Below, in pieces: positions 11,111 through 20,351 of a stretch of 64,000 nucleotides of DNA. The DNA comes from Planctomycetota bacterium (GTDB lineage: Bacteria > Planctomycetota > UBA11346). The position numbers and the translations under genes are program-made. The first letter of the stretch is position 1. Each line of letters begins with the position of its first letter. The stretch is from contig JBBRLJ010000028.1 in the NCBI GenBank assembly GCA_038231435.1, positions 13,765 to 77,764 of the forward strand, given 5' to 3'. The notes beneath the pieces were generated by a model, which had not been told where the DNA came from, searched no databases, and was given only the letters and a program-made list of their open reading frames with translations.

Positions 11111-11424
11111 CTTTACTGGAGGGTTGCGGATTATGACTGTGGCATGTGCATGGCAAGGGGAATAGAGTTTCAACATGCTGTGTGGTTCGGGATTAGAGAT
11201 GGGCTGGTCGAGCTGGCTCCTTGCGGGGCCGCTTCTCCTAGGATCGGGATGAAGGCCCTCAATCACCAGGCGTAGATATCACCAGGCGTAGGGCGTAAAG
11301 AGTAACTCTCCTTTCACACCGCTTTCACACAAAGCCTTCAGATTCAGGCGCAAACCAGCAGCCACACAGGGCCGAGACCGCATGGGATCCATGTCAGCAG
11401 CATCGCACCGGACGGAGCCCACCC

Positions 11425-13374
11425 GTGGCTGATGCCGTCATCCACATCGCCGATGGCGAGTCGCACTGCCGCATCGTGGATCCGGTCAGCGGGACTCTGC
11501 AAGTCCCCTTGCGTGAGATCAGCCAGCAGGGCGCCCTGGTCGACACGCGGATGCAGTTCGAGGCCCAGGCGGCGGTCGACCTCACAGTGGTGCTCAAGGG
11601 CCTCTCACCGCGGCAGTTCTTCGCCAACGTCGCTTTCAGCGACAACGCCGGACTCCACCTGCAGTGGATGCCCATCGATTCTGGGGAACAGGCGCGCCTC
11701 CACTCGCTGCTCGAGGCTTACAAGACCTTGCATCCGCCTCAGGCCGCGGCATCCACCGAGGCCGCCGCTCCCGCCCGCGAGAAGACCAACACCCGCCGCG
11801 TGATCAGGCCCAAGGGCTTGGCAGCCGATTCCTCGAGCGCGATCATGCCGTTCACCGACGTATCGACGCCCCCGTCGACGCCGGTGCAGTCTTCAACCCA
11901 GTCCTCGTCGCAGCTGGGCTCGGGCGAGCGTGTGCGCACCCGCCGGATCGTGCGCCCGTCCAACCAGAGCCTGCCGCGGGTTGACGACGCGCCGGCCGAT
12001 GATGACGCGACAGTCAAGACGACGCCCGCGAAGGGAGCCAACGGCGACAATACCCCGTCCACCCTGTCGATTTTCCGCGAGGAGACCGGCGCCCAGCGCG
12101 TGCTGGACGAGGATTCCGGCGACCACCTCGCGGATACCGAACCCAGCACCGGCAAGGCCGGGGTCGTGGGCGCCGACGGGCGCATGGACATCGGCGCCTC
12201 GATCCGCAACAAGGCCAAGTCCATCCGCGCTTCCGAGCTCGCGGCGCGCCACGACCGCGTGCGCGTGCTCAACATGGGCACGATCAAGCAGCTCATCACC
12301 GAGGCGGTGGAAGAGGCCTCGGCGCACCTGACGCGCTCGCTCGGCGCCGAAGACCGCAAGCGCCTGCTCGAGGAAGCTGAAGAGAACTTCAAAGAACGCC
12401 TGAAGATGTTCGAGGCGGAAAAGCTCACCGCCGAGGTGAAGGCCAAGCAGCTGGTCGATCAGCTGCGCACCGCGCAGGATCTGCTCGAGAGCGAGCGCAA
12501 GCGCACGGTCAAGGCCGACCAGTTCACGGTGTCGGCCGCCGGCCTCGACGAGATCGAGCTCAAGTTCAAGCGCCTGCTCGACCATTCCATCGCCGAGGGC
12601 CGCGTCATCCCGACTCTCGAGGAAGAGCTGCGTCGCGTCATCGCGACGGTGTTCGACCAGGAGCGCCAGCGCATCCGCGAGCAGGAGATGCAGGCGCAGA
12701 ACGAGAAGATCCAGCTGCTCGAGACCAAGATCAAACGCCTCGCGAGCTCGCTCGACGAAACCGAGCGCCAGCGCGACGAGATGCAGGAGTGGGCCCAGAC
12801 GCTCGAGGCATCCGGCGGCGGCGCGTTGCGCAACATCATGTCCGCGGGCATACGCGACGATGGCAACAAGAAGCGCAAGATGGCGCTGATGAAGGAGATC
12901 CTCGACATCAACCGCGCGATGCGCAAAGAACTCGGCATCGAGACCGCCCCGGTCGACGAGGAGACCGAAGAGGCGATCAAGAAGGTCGAGGCCGCATCCA
13001 AGCTCACTCCCGAGGAGGAAGCGGCGATCCGCGAGCAGCGCAAGCGCATCGACCCGCTGCCCGAAGCCAAGAAGCCCGACGCCGAGATGCTCAATGTCAT
13101 GGCCGAGTCGGGCCATGCGCCGGCGGCTTCCGCCAATCCCGATGACGAGCCCTTCGAGGCGGTCGGCACGGTCAAGGCGGCGGCAGGCGTGAAGAAGCTG
13201 AGCGCCGAAGGTGCCGAAGAGGTTCCCGAGGGCGCCGAGATCGACCCCGACGACATGGAGTGGACGCCCGCTGCCAAGGCCGGTCCGGTGACCGGCAACG
13301 ATTCGGGGATCAAGAAGATCGCCACCACCACCGACTTCAAACTGCCACCCTTGCAGAAGAAGGGTAAGAAATGA
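11425..13374 (+). CDS. Hypothetical protein: PilZ-like N-terminus, disordered linker, long coiled coil, acidic tail
   Basis: 649-aa ORF with strong GC3 bias; REISQQGA resembles the PilZ DxSxxG motif; E/K/R-rich heptads in the central third. Confidence 0.75.
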   Translation: MADAVIHIADGESHCRIVDPVSGTLQVPLREISQQGALVDTRMQFEAQAAVDLTVVLKGLSPRQFFANVAFSDNAGLHLQWMPIDSGEQARLHSLLEAYKTLHPPQAAASTEAAAPAREKTNTRRVIRPKGLAADSSSAIMPFTDVSTPPSTPVQSSTQSSSQLGSGERVRTRRIVRPSNQSLPRVDDAPADDDATVKTTPAKGANGDNTPSTLSIFREETGAQRVLDEDSGDHLADTEPSTGKAGVVGADGRMDIGASIRNKAKSIRASELAARHDRVRVLNMGTIKQLITEAVEEASAHLTRSLGAEDRKRLLEEAEENFKERLKMFEAEKLTAEVKAKQLVDQLRTAQDLLESERKRTVKADQFTVSAAGLDEIELKFKRLLDHSIAEGRVIPTLEEELRRVIATVFDQERQRIREQEMQAQNEKIQLLETKIKRLASSLDETERQRDEMQEWAQTLEASGGGALRNIMSAGIRDDGNKKRKMALMKEILDINRAMRKELGIETAPVDEETEEAIKKVEAASKLTPEEEAAIREQRKRIDPLPEAKKPDAEMLNVMAESGHAPAASANPDDEPFEAVGTVKAAAGVKKLSAEGAEEVPEGAEIDPDDMEWTPAAKAGPVTGNDSGIKKIATTTDFKLPPLQKKGKK

Positions 13375-13511
13375 TGTCCCTGTTCGCGTTGGAGAGGCGA
13401 AACCAACCGCCGTGACACTCACCCGACTCCCTGGTCGTCGATACCTCCCGGTTTCCCCCTTCTCGTCCAAACCCCAACACCAACCATCCCTTTACATTCC
13501 AGGAGCTTTCC

Positions 13512-14561
13512 ATGTCTGAAATCGTCTATCTCGGTATCGATCTCGGTACCAGCCGCACCTCGATCACCTCGTCCACTGGCGTGCGCGAGACCGTATGGTC
13601 GTACGTCGGTTACCCGAAGGACCACGTCGCCAAGAAGAAGATGGGCGGCCGCGACATCATCTACGGCAAGGAGGCCCTCGAGAATCGCCTCGCGCTGAAC
13701 CTGTTCCGCCCGCTCGCCGGCGGTTCGATCAAGCACAAGGGCGCCAAGGACTCGGGCGAGACCAAGCGCGCGGTCAAGGACCTGCTCGAGCACACCGTCT
13801 CGCTCGCCAAGTCGGCGAAGGACGCGACCATCTACGCGGTCATCGGCGCTCCCGCCGAAGCCAGCGTCGAAGGCAAGGCCACCATCCTCGAAGCCGCCTC
13901 GAACTGCATCGATAGCGTGATCGTCTGCTCGGAACCGTTCGCGGTCGCCTACGGCCTGGACTTCCTCGACGATACCCTGGTGATCGACATCGGCGCGGGC
14001 ACCACCGACCTCTGCCGCGTCCACGGCACCATGCCCGGACCGGATGACCAGCGCACCCACGAGATCGCTGGCGACGCCATCGATCAACTGCTGGCCAACC
14101 TGATCAAGGAGAAGCACCCCGACGCGCAGTTCTCCATCAACATGGTGCGCCAGATCAAGGAGCGTCACGCCTCGGTCAGCCCCAAGATGGACGAGGTCAT
14201 CGAGGTGCTCCCGGTCGCCGGCAAGCCGACCAAGTTCGATCTGACCGAGCTGGTCTACAAGGCCTGCTACAGCCTGGTGCCCCCGACGGTCAAGGCCCTG
14301 CAAGACCTGGTCGCCACCTACGACCCTGAATTCCAGGCCAAGATGCGTAACAATGTGCTGCTCGGCGGCGGCGGATCGCAGATCAAGTCGCTCGGCCTCG
14401 CCATCGAGAAGGCGCTCGACGAGTACGGCGGCGGCAAGGTCAAGACCGTCGAGGAACCGCAGTACGCTGGTTCGAACGGCGCGCTCAAGATTGCGCTCGA
14501 TATGCCCGAGCAGTTCTGGAAAGAGTTCAAGTCGCAGCGCGGAGCCGCCGCCGCCGGCTGA
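13512..14561 (+). CDS. mamK: MamK-like actin-family ATPase
   Basis: GIDLGTS, VGYPKD, VIGAPAEAS, SEPFAVAYGLD, DIGAGTTD, GTMPGPDDQ, AGKP, LLGGGGSQI, GALKIA..P.QFW match MamK as I recall it, better than MreB; strong AGGAG ribosome-binding site. Confidence 0.85.
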   Translation: MSEIVYLGIDLGTSRTSITSSTGVRETVWSYVGYPKDHVAKKKMGGRDIIYGKEALENRLALNLFRPLAGGSIKHKGAKDSGETKRAVKDLLEHTVSLAKSAKDATIYAVIGAPAEASVEGKATILEAASNCIDSVIVCSEPFAVAYGLDFLDDTLVIDIGAGTTDLCRVHGTMPGPDDQRTHEIAGDAIDQLLANLIKEKHPDAQFSINMVRQIKERHASVSPKMDEVIEVLPVAGKPTKFDLTELVYKACYSLVPPTVKALQDLVATYDPEFQAKMRNNVLLGGGGSQIKSLGLAIEKALDEYGGGKVKTVEEPQYAGSNGALKIALDMPEQFWKEFKSQRGAAAAG

Positions 14562-14574
14562 ACTGGCAGATGTT

Positions 14575-14622
14575 GTAAAACACAGCAACCCCGCGCGCGA
14601 GCGCGGGGTTGCTGTGTTTTAC
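14575..14622. terminator. Perfect 22-bp hairpin terminator
   Basis: GTAAAACACAGCAACCCCGCGC-GCGA-GCGCGGGGTTGCTGTGTTTTAC. Confidence 0.85.
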
Positions 14623-14968
14623 TGGGGCTCCGCCCCTACGGCCCTGCGGGCCTACCCCACGGGCTTTGTCGTGGCTCGTTTTCGCCGGGACGGCGAAAAC
14701 GTGGGGGGATGGGCTACGCCCAGTGTATCCGCCCACCGCCACTCGGCGCCCGCCCCATCGCGCAGCGATGGGGCCCCCGAGGTAAAAGGTTTTTCGGACT
14801 GACGCTCGGAAATATTCGGGTCCTTCAAGTCGCGGCGTCAGCCGCCGGCCGCCGAGTCCTGGTTTGCGTGAACAATGGGCGTAGCCCATCACGCAAACTT
14901 TCTGGCCGCCTGGCGGACAGAAAGAAGGACGACAAAGGACGTGGGGGACCGGGGGCGAAGCCCCCGTA
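14620..14968. mobile_element. MITE/REPIN-like long imperfect palindrome
   Basis: About 100-bp inverted arms sharing GGGGCT(C/T)CGCCCC, CCCCACG, CTTTGTCGT and GATGGGCTACGCCCA; TA at both ends. Confidence 0.55.
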
Positions 14969-14975
14969 CAAACAG

Positions 14976-15860
14976 CTACTTTGCGGCGGGTGCTGGCTGC
15001 GGAGTCGCGGGTGCGACGGTCGGGGCCGGCGCGGGAACGGGAGCAGGAGCGGCCGCCGTGGCGGGCGCGGCAGCGGACGGGACCGCGATGGGAGCTTGAG
15101 GTTCGGCGCCTGTCTGAGCGGCGGGGGGCGCCGCGATCGAGGCTGGCGGGGCGTTCTTCTGCGCTGCGGCCTCGGCCTGCTGGCGCTTGAGTGTCCAATA
15201 CATGGTGCGCGCGACGTTGAGCAGCTCGGTGGCGCCGGCATCGCTGCGGCCGATCAGCGGCTCGAGCTTGGCCATGGCTTCGTCGGGCTTGCCCGACTTG
15301 GTCAGGGTGCGCGCGGCGCCGAGTGTTGCCTCTAGCTGCTGGCTGAGGAATCGGCCGCCGGCGCTCTCGACCGCGGCGTAGTCCTTCGCGGCAGCCTCAA
15401 GATCGTTGAGCTGGTACTCGGCTCCGGCGAGCGTCAGGCGCGCGGCATACTTGAGCTCCTGGTCGGGAGTCTTGTCCGCCAGTTGCACCGCCTTCTGCGC
15501 TGCCTCCTTGGCCCCCGGACCGTCGTCCTTACTGAAACGATTCTGCGCGACCTCGATGTAGGCGCGGGCGCGCCAATAGTCGGCGGTCGCGGCGTCCTCG
15601 GCGAGTTCCTTCATGGCTATCGCACGGCTGTCCTGATCGGACTTCTCGAGCGCGAGATTGAAAGCGGTGGACGAGGCCGCATCAGGCCGCTCGACCGCCC
15701 AATGGCGCACGACCTGGGCGACCACGATCACCACCACCAGCACGAGTACGTAGATCCACCAGCGGCGCTTGATGCCCTGGGCGAAGGTGTCGAGGCGATC
15801 GTAGATCGGATCCGAGTAGCTGGAGGAGGGACCGGCTTCGGTGAAGGGAGTCTGGGCCAT
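14976..15860 (-). CDS. Membrane-anchored TPR protein (YfgM-like)
   Basis: N-terminal TM (WWIYVLVLVVVIVVA), helical TPR-like repeats, Pro/Ala tail. Confidence 0.7.
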   Translation of the reverse strand: MAQTPFTEAGPSSSYSDPIYDRLDTFAQGIKRRWWIYVLVLVVVIVVAQVVRHWAVERPDAASSTAFNLALEKSDQDSRAIAMKELAEDAATADYWRARAYIEVAQNRFSKDDGPGAKEAAQKAVQLADKTPDQELKYAARLTLAGAEYQLNDLEAAAKDYAAVESAGGRFLSQQLEATLGAARTLTKSGKPDEAMAKLEPLIGRSDAGATELLNVARTMYWTLKRQQAEAAAQKNAPPASIAAPPAAQTGAEPQAPIAVPSAAAPATAAAPAPVPAPAPTVAPATPQPAPAAK

Positions 15861-15909
15861 GGTGCTGTGCTCGTTCGTGGCGCGCGGCTGGTTCGAAGTC
15901 GTAGGCCGA

Positions 15910-16485
15910 TCACCGCGCCGGTGGCTCTGGCGCGGTGGCGCCCGGCGCATCCAGCTGGGAGGCTGGAGCGGCCGGGGTGGGCCGGAGGTGGAAACGGATG
16001 GTAGTGAGGCCTCCGCTACGTCCAGCCTCGATGAACAGGTCCTCGGGGCCCTTGCGCCAGTGGCCGCGAGCGAGCTCGCCCATGCGCTCCCACCCGAGCG
16101 GGGGCAGTTCGGAGTCGTAGCGAGCCAGCACCGCCGAGCCCGGATCGGGACGAGCGCCCTGGCGCTCGATCATCGACACCTCGAAACGCCTCACCGAGCC
16201 TCCGGCAAGCGATACCGCGAGCTGGTCCTCACCAGGGATCAGCTGGTAACCGGCGACCGGGAACAGCGGGATGTCCGGGAAGTGCTCGGGGTGGAAGGCG
16301 GGGGGGTGGTAGAGCTGAGAGGGCGAGGGCGCGCGTTCTTCGCCACCGCATCCGCCGAGGGCCAGGACCGCGGCCAGAACCGACATCGTCGCGGTGAAGG
16401 AAGCGGCGGACAGGCCGGACGGGCGCAGGCTGCCGCGCGGCCCGGGCCAGCATCGGGGGAGGGCCCCCCTACCGGACAACGTCAT
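15910..16485 (-). CDS. Putative lipoprotein
   Basis: Lipobox-like LALGGC; ATGA overlap with the FHA gene stop. Confidence 0.6.
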   Translation of the reverse strand: MTLSGRGALPRCWPGPRGSLRPSGLSAASFTATMSVLAAVLALGGCGGEERAPSPSQLYHPPAFHPEHFPDIPLFPVAGYQLIPGEDQLAVSLAGGSVRRFEVSMIERQGARPDPGSAVLARYDSELPPLGWERMGELARGHWRKGPEDLFIEAGRSGGLTTIRFHLRPTPAAPASQLDAPGATAPEPPAR

Positions 16486-17156
16486 GCCTGCTTGTAGGTG
16501 AAGCTGTGGCCAGCAATGGTGATGATGTCTCCGACCTTGAGGTCGTGGGACGAGATCTTCTGGCCATTGACGCGCACCGAGCGGAAGCCGCCGGACGAGG
16601 TGACGCGATGGGTTTCTCCCGCGCGCACGATCTTCGCCTGGATCGGCTTCACCAGGAAGGCCTTGCAGGGGATGTCCGCGCCGGACTTGCCGATCGAGGT
16701 CTCCTCGCGGATCAGCGGCACCACCATCTCGCGTCCACCCTGCATCAGGCTCAGGCCCATGCGCTTGGTGGACATGACCTTGGCGAGGGCCGCCTGGTCG
16801 ACGAACATGGTCATCTCGCCGCCCATGCCGGCCTTCTTCTTGCCGCCGGCGCCTTCCGATTCGGCCTGGCCGTGCTGGTCGAAGAGCAGGCTGTGCTTGC
16901 CGAGGACGATGCGATCCGCGTGTTTCAGCGTGTGGCGTTTGATCTTCTGACCACCGACGAACGTGCCATTGTTCGATCCGCCGTCGACCACGACCCAGTC
17001 GTCGTTCTCCTTGACGATCGTGCAGTGGTGACGAGATACGCCGAGGTTGTCCACCACGATCTCGCAATCCATGGCCCGGCCGATTTTGATCTCATCCTTC
17101 ACAAGGGTATGTTCGGACTCGACGTTCGAACCGAACATAACACTGATCTTGGCCAT
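16482..17156 (-). CDS. Double FHA-domain protein
   Basis: IGRAMDCEIVVDNLGVSRHH, GSNNGTFV; second, degenerate FHA (IGKS...VRVNG..LKVGD). Confidence 0.9.
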   Translation of the reverse strand: MAKISVMFGSNVESEHTLVKDEIKIGRAMDCEIVVDNLGVSRHHCTIVKENDDWVVVDGGSNNGTFVGGQKIKRHTLKHADRIVLGKHSLLFDQHGQAESEGAGGKKKAGMGGEMTMFVDQAALAKVMSTKRMGLSLMQGGREMVVPLIREETSIGKSGADIPCKAFLVKPIQAKIVRAGETHRVTSSGGFRSVRVNGQKISSHDLKVGDIITIAGHSFTYKQA

Positions 17157-17285
17157 GATCCGGACTCCTGACGGCTGTGACCATAGATGGCTGCTTGACG
17201 GGGTCAACGCAAGGCCTTGCATCCAACCCGGGGGGTCGTGGACGCCCTTGCGTAACACCGAAACAGGTGTCATGGCGGGACGCCG

Positions 17286-18971
17286 GTGGACTTGAGTTCC
17301 CCCCTGCTCCCAGAGACTGCCGGAATGCTCCCGGATCGGCAATCGGCGGTGCAATTGGTGGGGCCGGATCGGCTGGAACTCAACCGCGACAAGGCGGTCG
17401 TCCAGCCCGGTCCGACGCAGATCCTCGGCAAGGTCGAATGCGTCGGGCTGTGCTTCTCAGACATGAAACTCCTGCATCAGTTCGACCGGCACCCCCGGAA
17501 ATCACCCGTGCTGGCCCATCTCGCCGCGGAGGTCCTGCGGGACATCCCCAGCTACGTACCCGAATCCCGGCCCACGGTGCCTGGCCACGAGGTGGTGATG
17601 CGGGTACTCGCGGTGGGCGACCTGGTGACTAGCGTCAGGCCCGGCGGGCGCTACCTGATCCAGGCGGATTTCCGGGATCTCAAGACCGCGGGGTCGAACG
17701 GGGCCTTCGGCTACAATTTCGAGGGCGGTCTGCAGGAGTACGTCCTGCTCGACGAGCGCGTCACGGTTTCGGCGCACGGCGAAAGCTACCTGCTGCCAGT
17801 CCCCGAGGACCGCGGCGCGAGCCAGCTCGCCCTGGTCGAGCCCTGGGCATGCGTGGAAGATGCCTTCGCGTGCCGCGAACGCACCGGCCTGACCCCCGGC
17901 GGCACCCTGCTGCTGGTCTCATCGGCGGGCGCCCAACCCGACCTGTCGGGCCTCGATCTCACCCTGCCGGCGCGGCGTCTGTGTTCGGGCCCGGTCTGTC
18001 CGCCGGGATTCACCAGTGTGAAGCTCGATCTGCCGGCGACGCAGACCATCGACGACCTGCTGATCGCCGGTGCCGACGCGGATGACATCGAACGCCTGAC
18101 CCCCTTCCTCGCCAAGAACGGACTGCTGCTGATCGCGCGCGGCCCGGGCCGCTTCGGGCGGCAGGTAAGCCTGCCGGTGGGACGGGTGCATTACGGCAAC
18201 ATCCGCGTATCCGCGACCACCAGTTGGCGTTTCGACGACGCGCTCGGCGGCATCCCGCGCAGCGGCGAACTGCGCGGCGGCGACCATGTCAACGTGGTCG
18301 GCGCCGGCGGACCGATGGGGGTGATGGCGATGGTGCGCGCCATCACCTCGTCGGCGCGCGGCGCGCTCGTCGAGGGCGGAGTGCGTAATCCAGGCCGCGC
18401 AGAGGCGCTGCGGCGCCGCGTCGAGACCGTGGCTCGCGCGCGCGGCGTGCAGGTACGGCTGTTCAATCCCGAGGCCGAGCCGCCGCGTGGCAGCGTCGAC
18501 TACTGCTTCCTCATGGCGCCGGTCCCCGCGTTGGTCGCGCAGGCCGTGGCCGATGCGTCGTCGCGAGGCATCATCAACGTCTTCGCCGGCATCCCCGCCG
18601 ACATACCCTGCCTACTCGATCTCGACGCTTTCACCGAAAAGCGCCTCTACTTCATCGGCACCTCGGGCAGCACCATGGAGGACATGCGCGCGGTGCTCGG
18701 CAAGGTCCTCGCCGACGAACTCGATACCGACCTGTCGGTGGGCGCGGTCTCGGGCATGCGCGGCGCCATCGCCGGTCTCGGGGCCGTCCGCGACCGCACC
18801 ATCGCCGGCAAGATCGTCGTCTACCCAGAGCTCACCGATCTGCCGCTGCTCGAACTCGATGCCCTGGTCGCCCGTTACCCATCCATCGGTCCCAAGCTCG
18901 TCGACGGCTGCTGGACCCGCGCCGCCGAGACCGAACTCCTGCGCCTCGCGCAGCCCACGCCAGCGCGCTGA
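17286..18971 (+). CDS. Zn-dependent MDR dehydrogenase, L-sorbose-1-phosphate reductase-like
   Basis: GLCFSD, PGHE, FGYNFEGGLQEY, LVEPWAC, GAGGPMG, IGTSGS. Confidence 0.8.
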   Translation: MDLSSPLLPETAGMLPDRQSAVQLVGPDRLELNRDKAVVQPGPTQILGKVECVGLCFSDMKLLHQFDRHPRKSPVLAHLAAEVLRDIPSYVPESRPTVPGHEVVMRVLAVGDLVTSVRPGGRYLIQADFRDLKTAGSNGAFGYNFEGGLQEYVLLDERVTVSAHGESYLLPVPEDRGASQLALVEPWACVEDAFACRERTGLTPGGTLLLVSSAGAQPDLSGLDLTLPARRLCSGPVCPPGFTSVKLDLPATQTIDDLLIAGADADDIERLTPFLAKNGLLLIARGPGRFGRQVSLPVGRVHYGNIRVSATTSWRFDDALGGIPRSGELRGGDHVNVVGAGGPMGVMAMVRAITSSARGALVEGGVRNPGRAEALRRRVETVARARGVQVRLFNPEAEPPRGSVDYCFLMAPVPALVAQAVADASSRGIINVFAGIPADIPCLLDLDAFTEKRLYFIGTSGSTMEDMRAVLGKVLADELDTDLSVGAVSGMRGAIAGLGAVRDRTIAGKIVVYPELTDLPLLELDALVARYPSIGPKLVDGCWTRAAETELLRLAQPTPAR

Positions 18972-18992
18972 CGGCCGCGGGGGACCGGAAAA

Positions 18993-19024
18993 GAGAAACC
19001 CTAGGCTCGCGCCTAGGGTTTCTC
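18993..19024. terminator. Bidirectional hairpin terminator
   Basis: GAGAAACCCTAGGC-TCGC-GCCTAGGGTTTCTC between a convergent gene and tRNA. Confidence 0.8.
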
Positions 19025-19031
19025 ACTGGAC

Positions 19032-19104
19032 TACTCCCAACGGGATTCGAACCCGTGTCGCCAGAATGAAAATCTGGTGTCCTAGGCCTCTGGACGATGG
19101 GAGC
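19032..19104 (-). tRNA. tRNA-Glu(TTC)
   Basis: Acceptor GCTCCCA/TGGGAGT, anticodon arm CCAGA-TTTTCAT-TCTGG, GGTTCGAATCC; CCA is not directly encoded. Confidence 0.93.
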
Positions 19105-19227
19105 CCTGCCAGGGGCCACAATCCTGGGATGGCCAGGCGGCTTGCAAGCGGGGGAGGCAGCCGCGCGGATAGGTCAGCGTCGACGTCAGGCACTCTCGTC
19201 TGGCCTTCTCGTAGGGGCGCCGGACTC

Positions 19228-19932
19228 CTAGTACCGCCAGCCAAATCCGACGACGACGGCTCCGCCGACCTGCCAGACCGAATCCTTCAGCGTCGTGGTC
19301 GAGCCGGTGACGGGATCGACATCGGTGAAGACCGGACGCGATTCGCCCGCGAACGCGCGCAGGTCGCCACCCACCTGGAAGCCGGTCTTGGCTGTCCACC
19401 ACGCACCCAGACGCAGCGCGCCTTCGAGATACAGCGCCGAGACCTTGGCCTGCCGGCCGCCTGATGGGGTGCGCCGCCAATCGGCAAGTCCGCCGCCGAG
19501 CATCGGCGTGAACTCGACATCGAATCGCTCGCCAATCAGCCAGGCGTAGCCGGCGATGGCATCGATCGAATAAGTCTGCACGCGCATGCCCACGTTCGCG
19601 CTCGACCAGCTCGAACGCCCGAATGCGCCTTCGTATCCATAGACCGCGCCGCTGTGCGCGCTCTGCATGTCGAAAGCCGACAGTGATTGCAGGGCGATGC
19701 GGTAGCTGTCGCTCACCGACGTCTGGCGATGCGCCGAGGCCGTGGTGTCGGGCAAGCCGGGCTGCGAGACGGTGGTGGTGCCATGCTCGGTGAACCTGCC
19801 GGGCGAGGGGCCGGCGATGATGCGGATATCGCCGATCGCGTCTTCGGCAACCGTCACCCCCGCCAGGGCCAGGGACATGGCCGAAACGCCGGCGGCCAGC
19901 GCAAATCCGCGGATCCTGTCGGCTGCCGTCAT
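19228..19932 (-). CDS. Putative outer-membrane beta-barrel protein
   Basis: Signal peptide, alternating beta-strand pattern, terminal aromatic residue (VVGFGWRY). Confidence 0.6.
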   Translation of the reverse strand: MTAADRIRGFALAAGVSAMSLALAGVTVAEDAIGDIRIIAGPSPGRFTEHGTTTVSQPGLPDTTASAHRQTSVSDSYRIALQSLSAFDMQSAHSGAVYGYEGAFGRSSWSSANVGMRVQTYSIDAIAGYAWLIGERFDVEFTPMLGGGLADWRRTPSGGRQAKVSALYLEGALRLGAWWTAKTGFQVGGDLRAFAGESRPVFTDVDPVTGSTTTLKDSVWQVGGAVVVGFGWRY

Positions 19933-20035
19933 CGCACCCCCGTTGTCGCGCAGCCTGACGCTATCGGCGGGCGCACAAGTCCCTGGCGGTCGCGCTGGGC
20001 TTCCAACAGTTCTGCTCGCCGTAGAGCTGCACACA

Positions 20036-20284
20036 CTACCCTACGATCGGCGTCCCGGTGCCGTCGCTGCCGGTGACGATCTTCAGCTCGAGTCCCGCCG
20101 CGGCGAGTAGGCGGCGCGCCTCATCGATCAGGTTCTCGCCCGCGAGGATGCGGTCGAGATCAGTCAGGCCGACCTGTGCGCGAACGCACCACTCTTCGCG
20201 CGTCATCCCCAGGCCAGGCAGGCCGACCATCGCCCGCTGCACGATCGACGCGAGCTTCCAGCGGTTGGCCGGGCTGATCATCAT
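20036..20284 (-). CDS. Small XRE-like HTH protein
   Basis: GMTREEWCVRAQVGLTDLDRILAGE resembles an XRE HTH. Confidence 0.45.
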   Translation of the reverse strand: MMISPANRWKLASIVQRAMVGLPGLGMTREEWCVRAQVGLTDLDRILAGENLIDEARRLLAAAGLELKIVTGSDGTGTPIVG

Positions 20285-20351
20285 GGACGGGGTGTAGGCG
20301 CTGGGGCGTGGAGGGGAAGCGGGCCGCGGAGATCCTTCGGCGACGCGGACG

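Noticed and set aside
11425..14561. Magnetosome gene cluster
   Set aside because: Only the mamK-like gene is present; I recognised no mamA/B/E/M/Q or feoAB neighbours.
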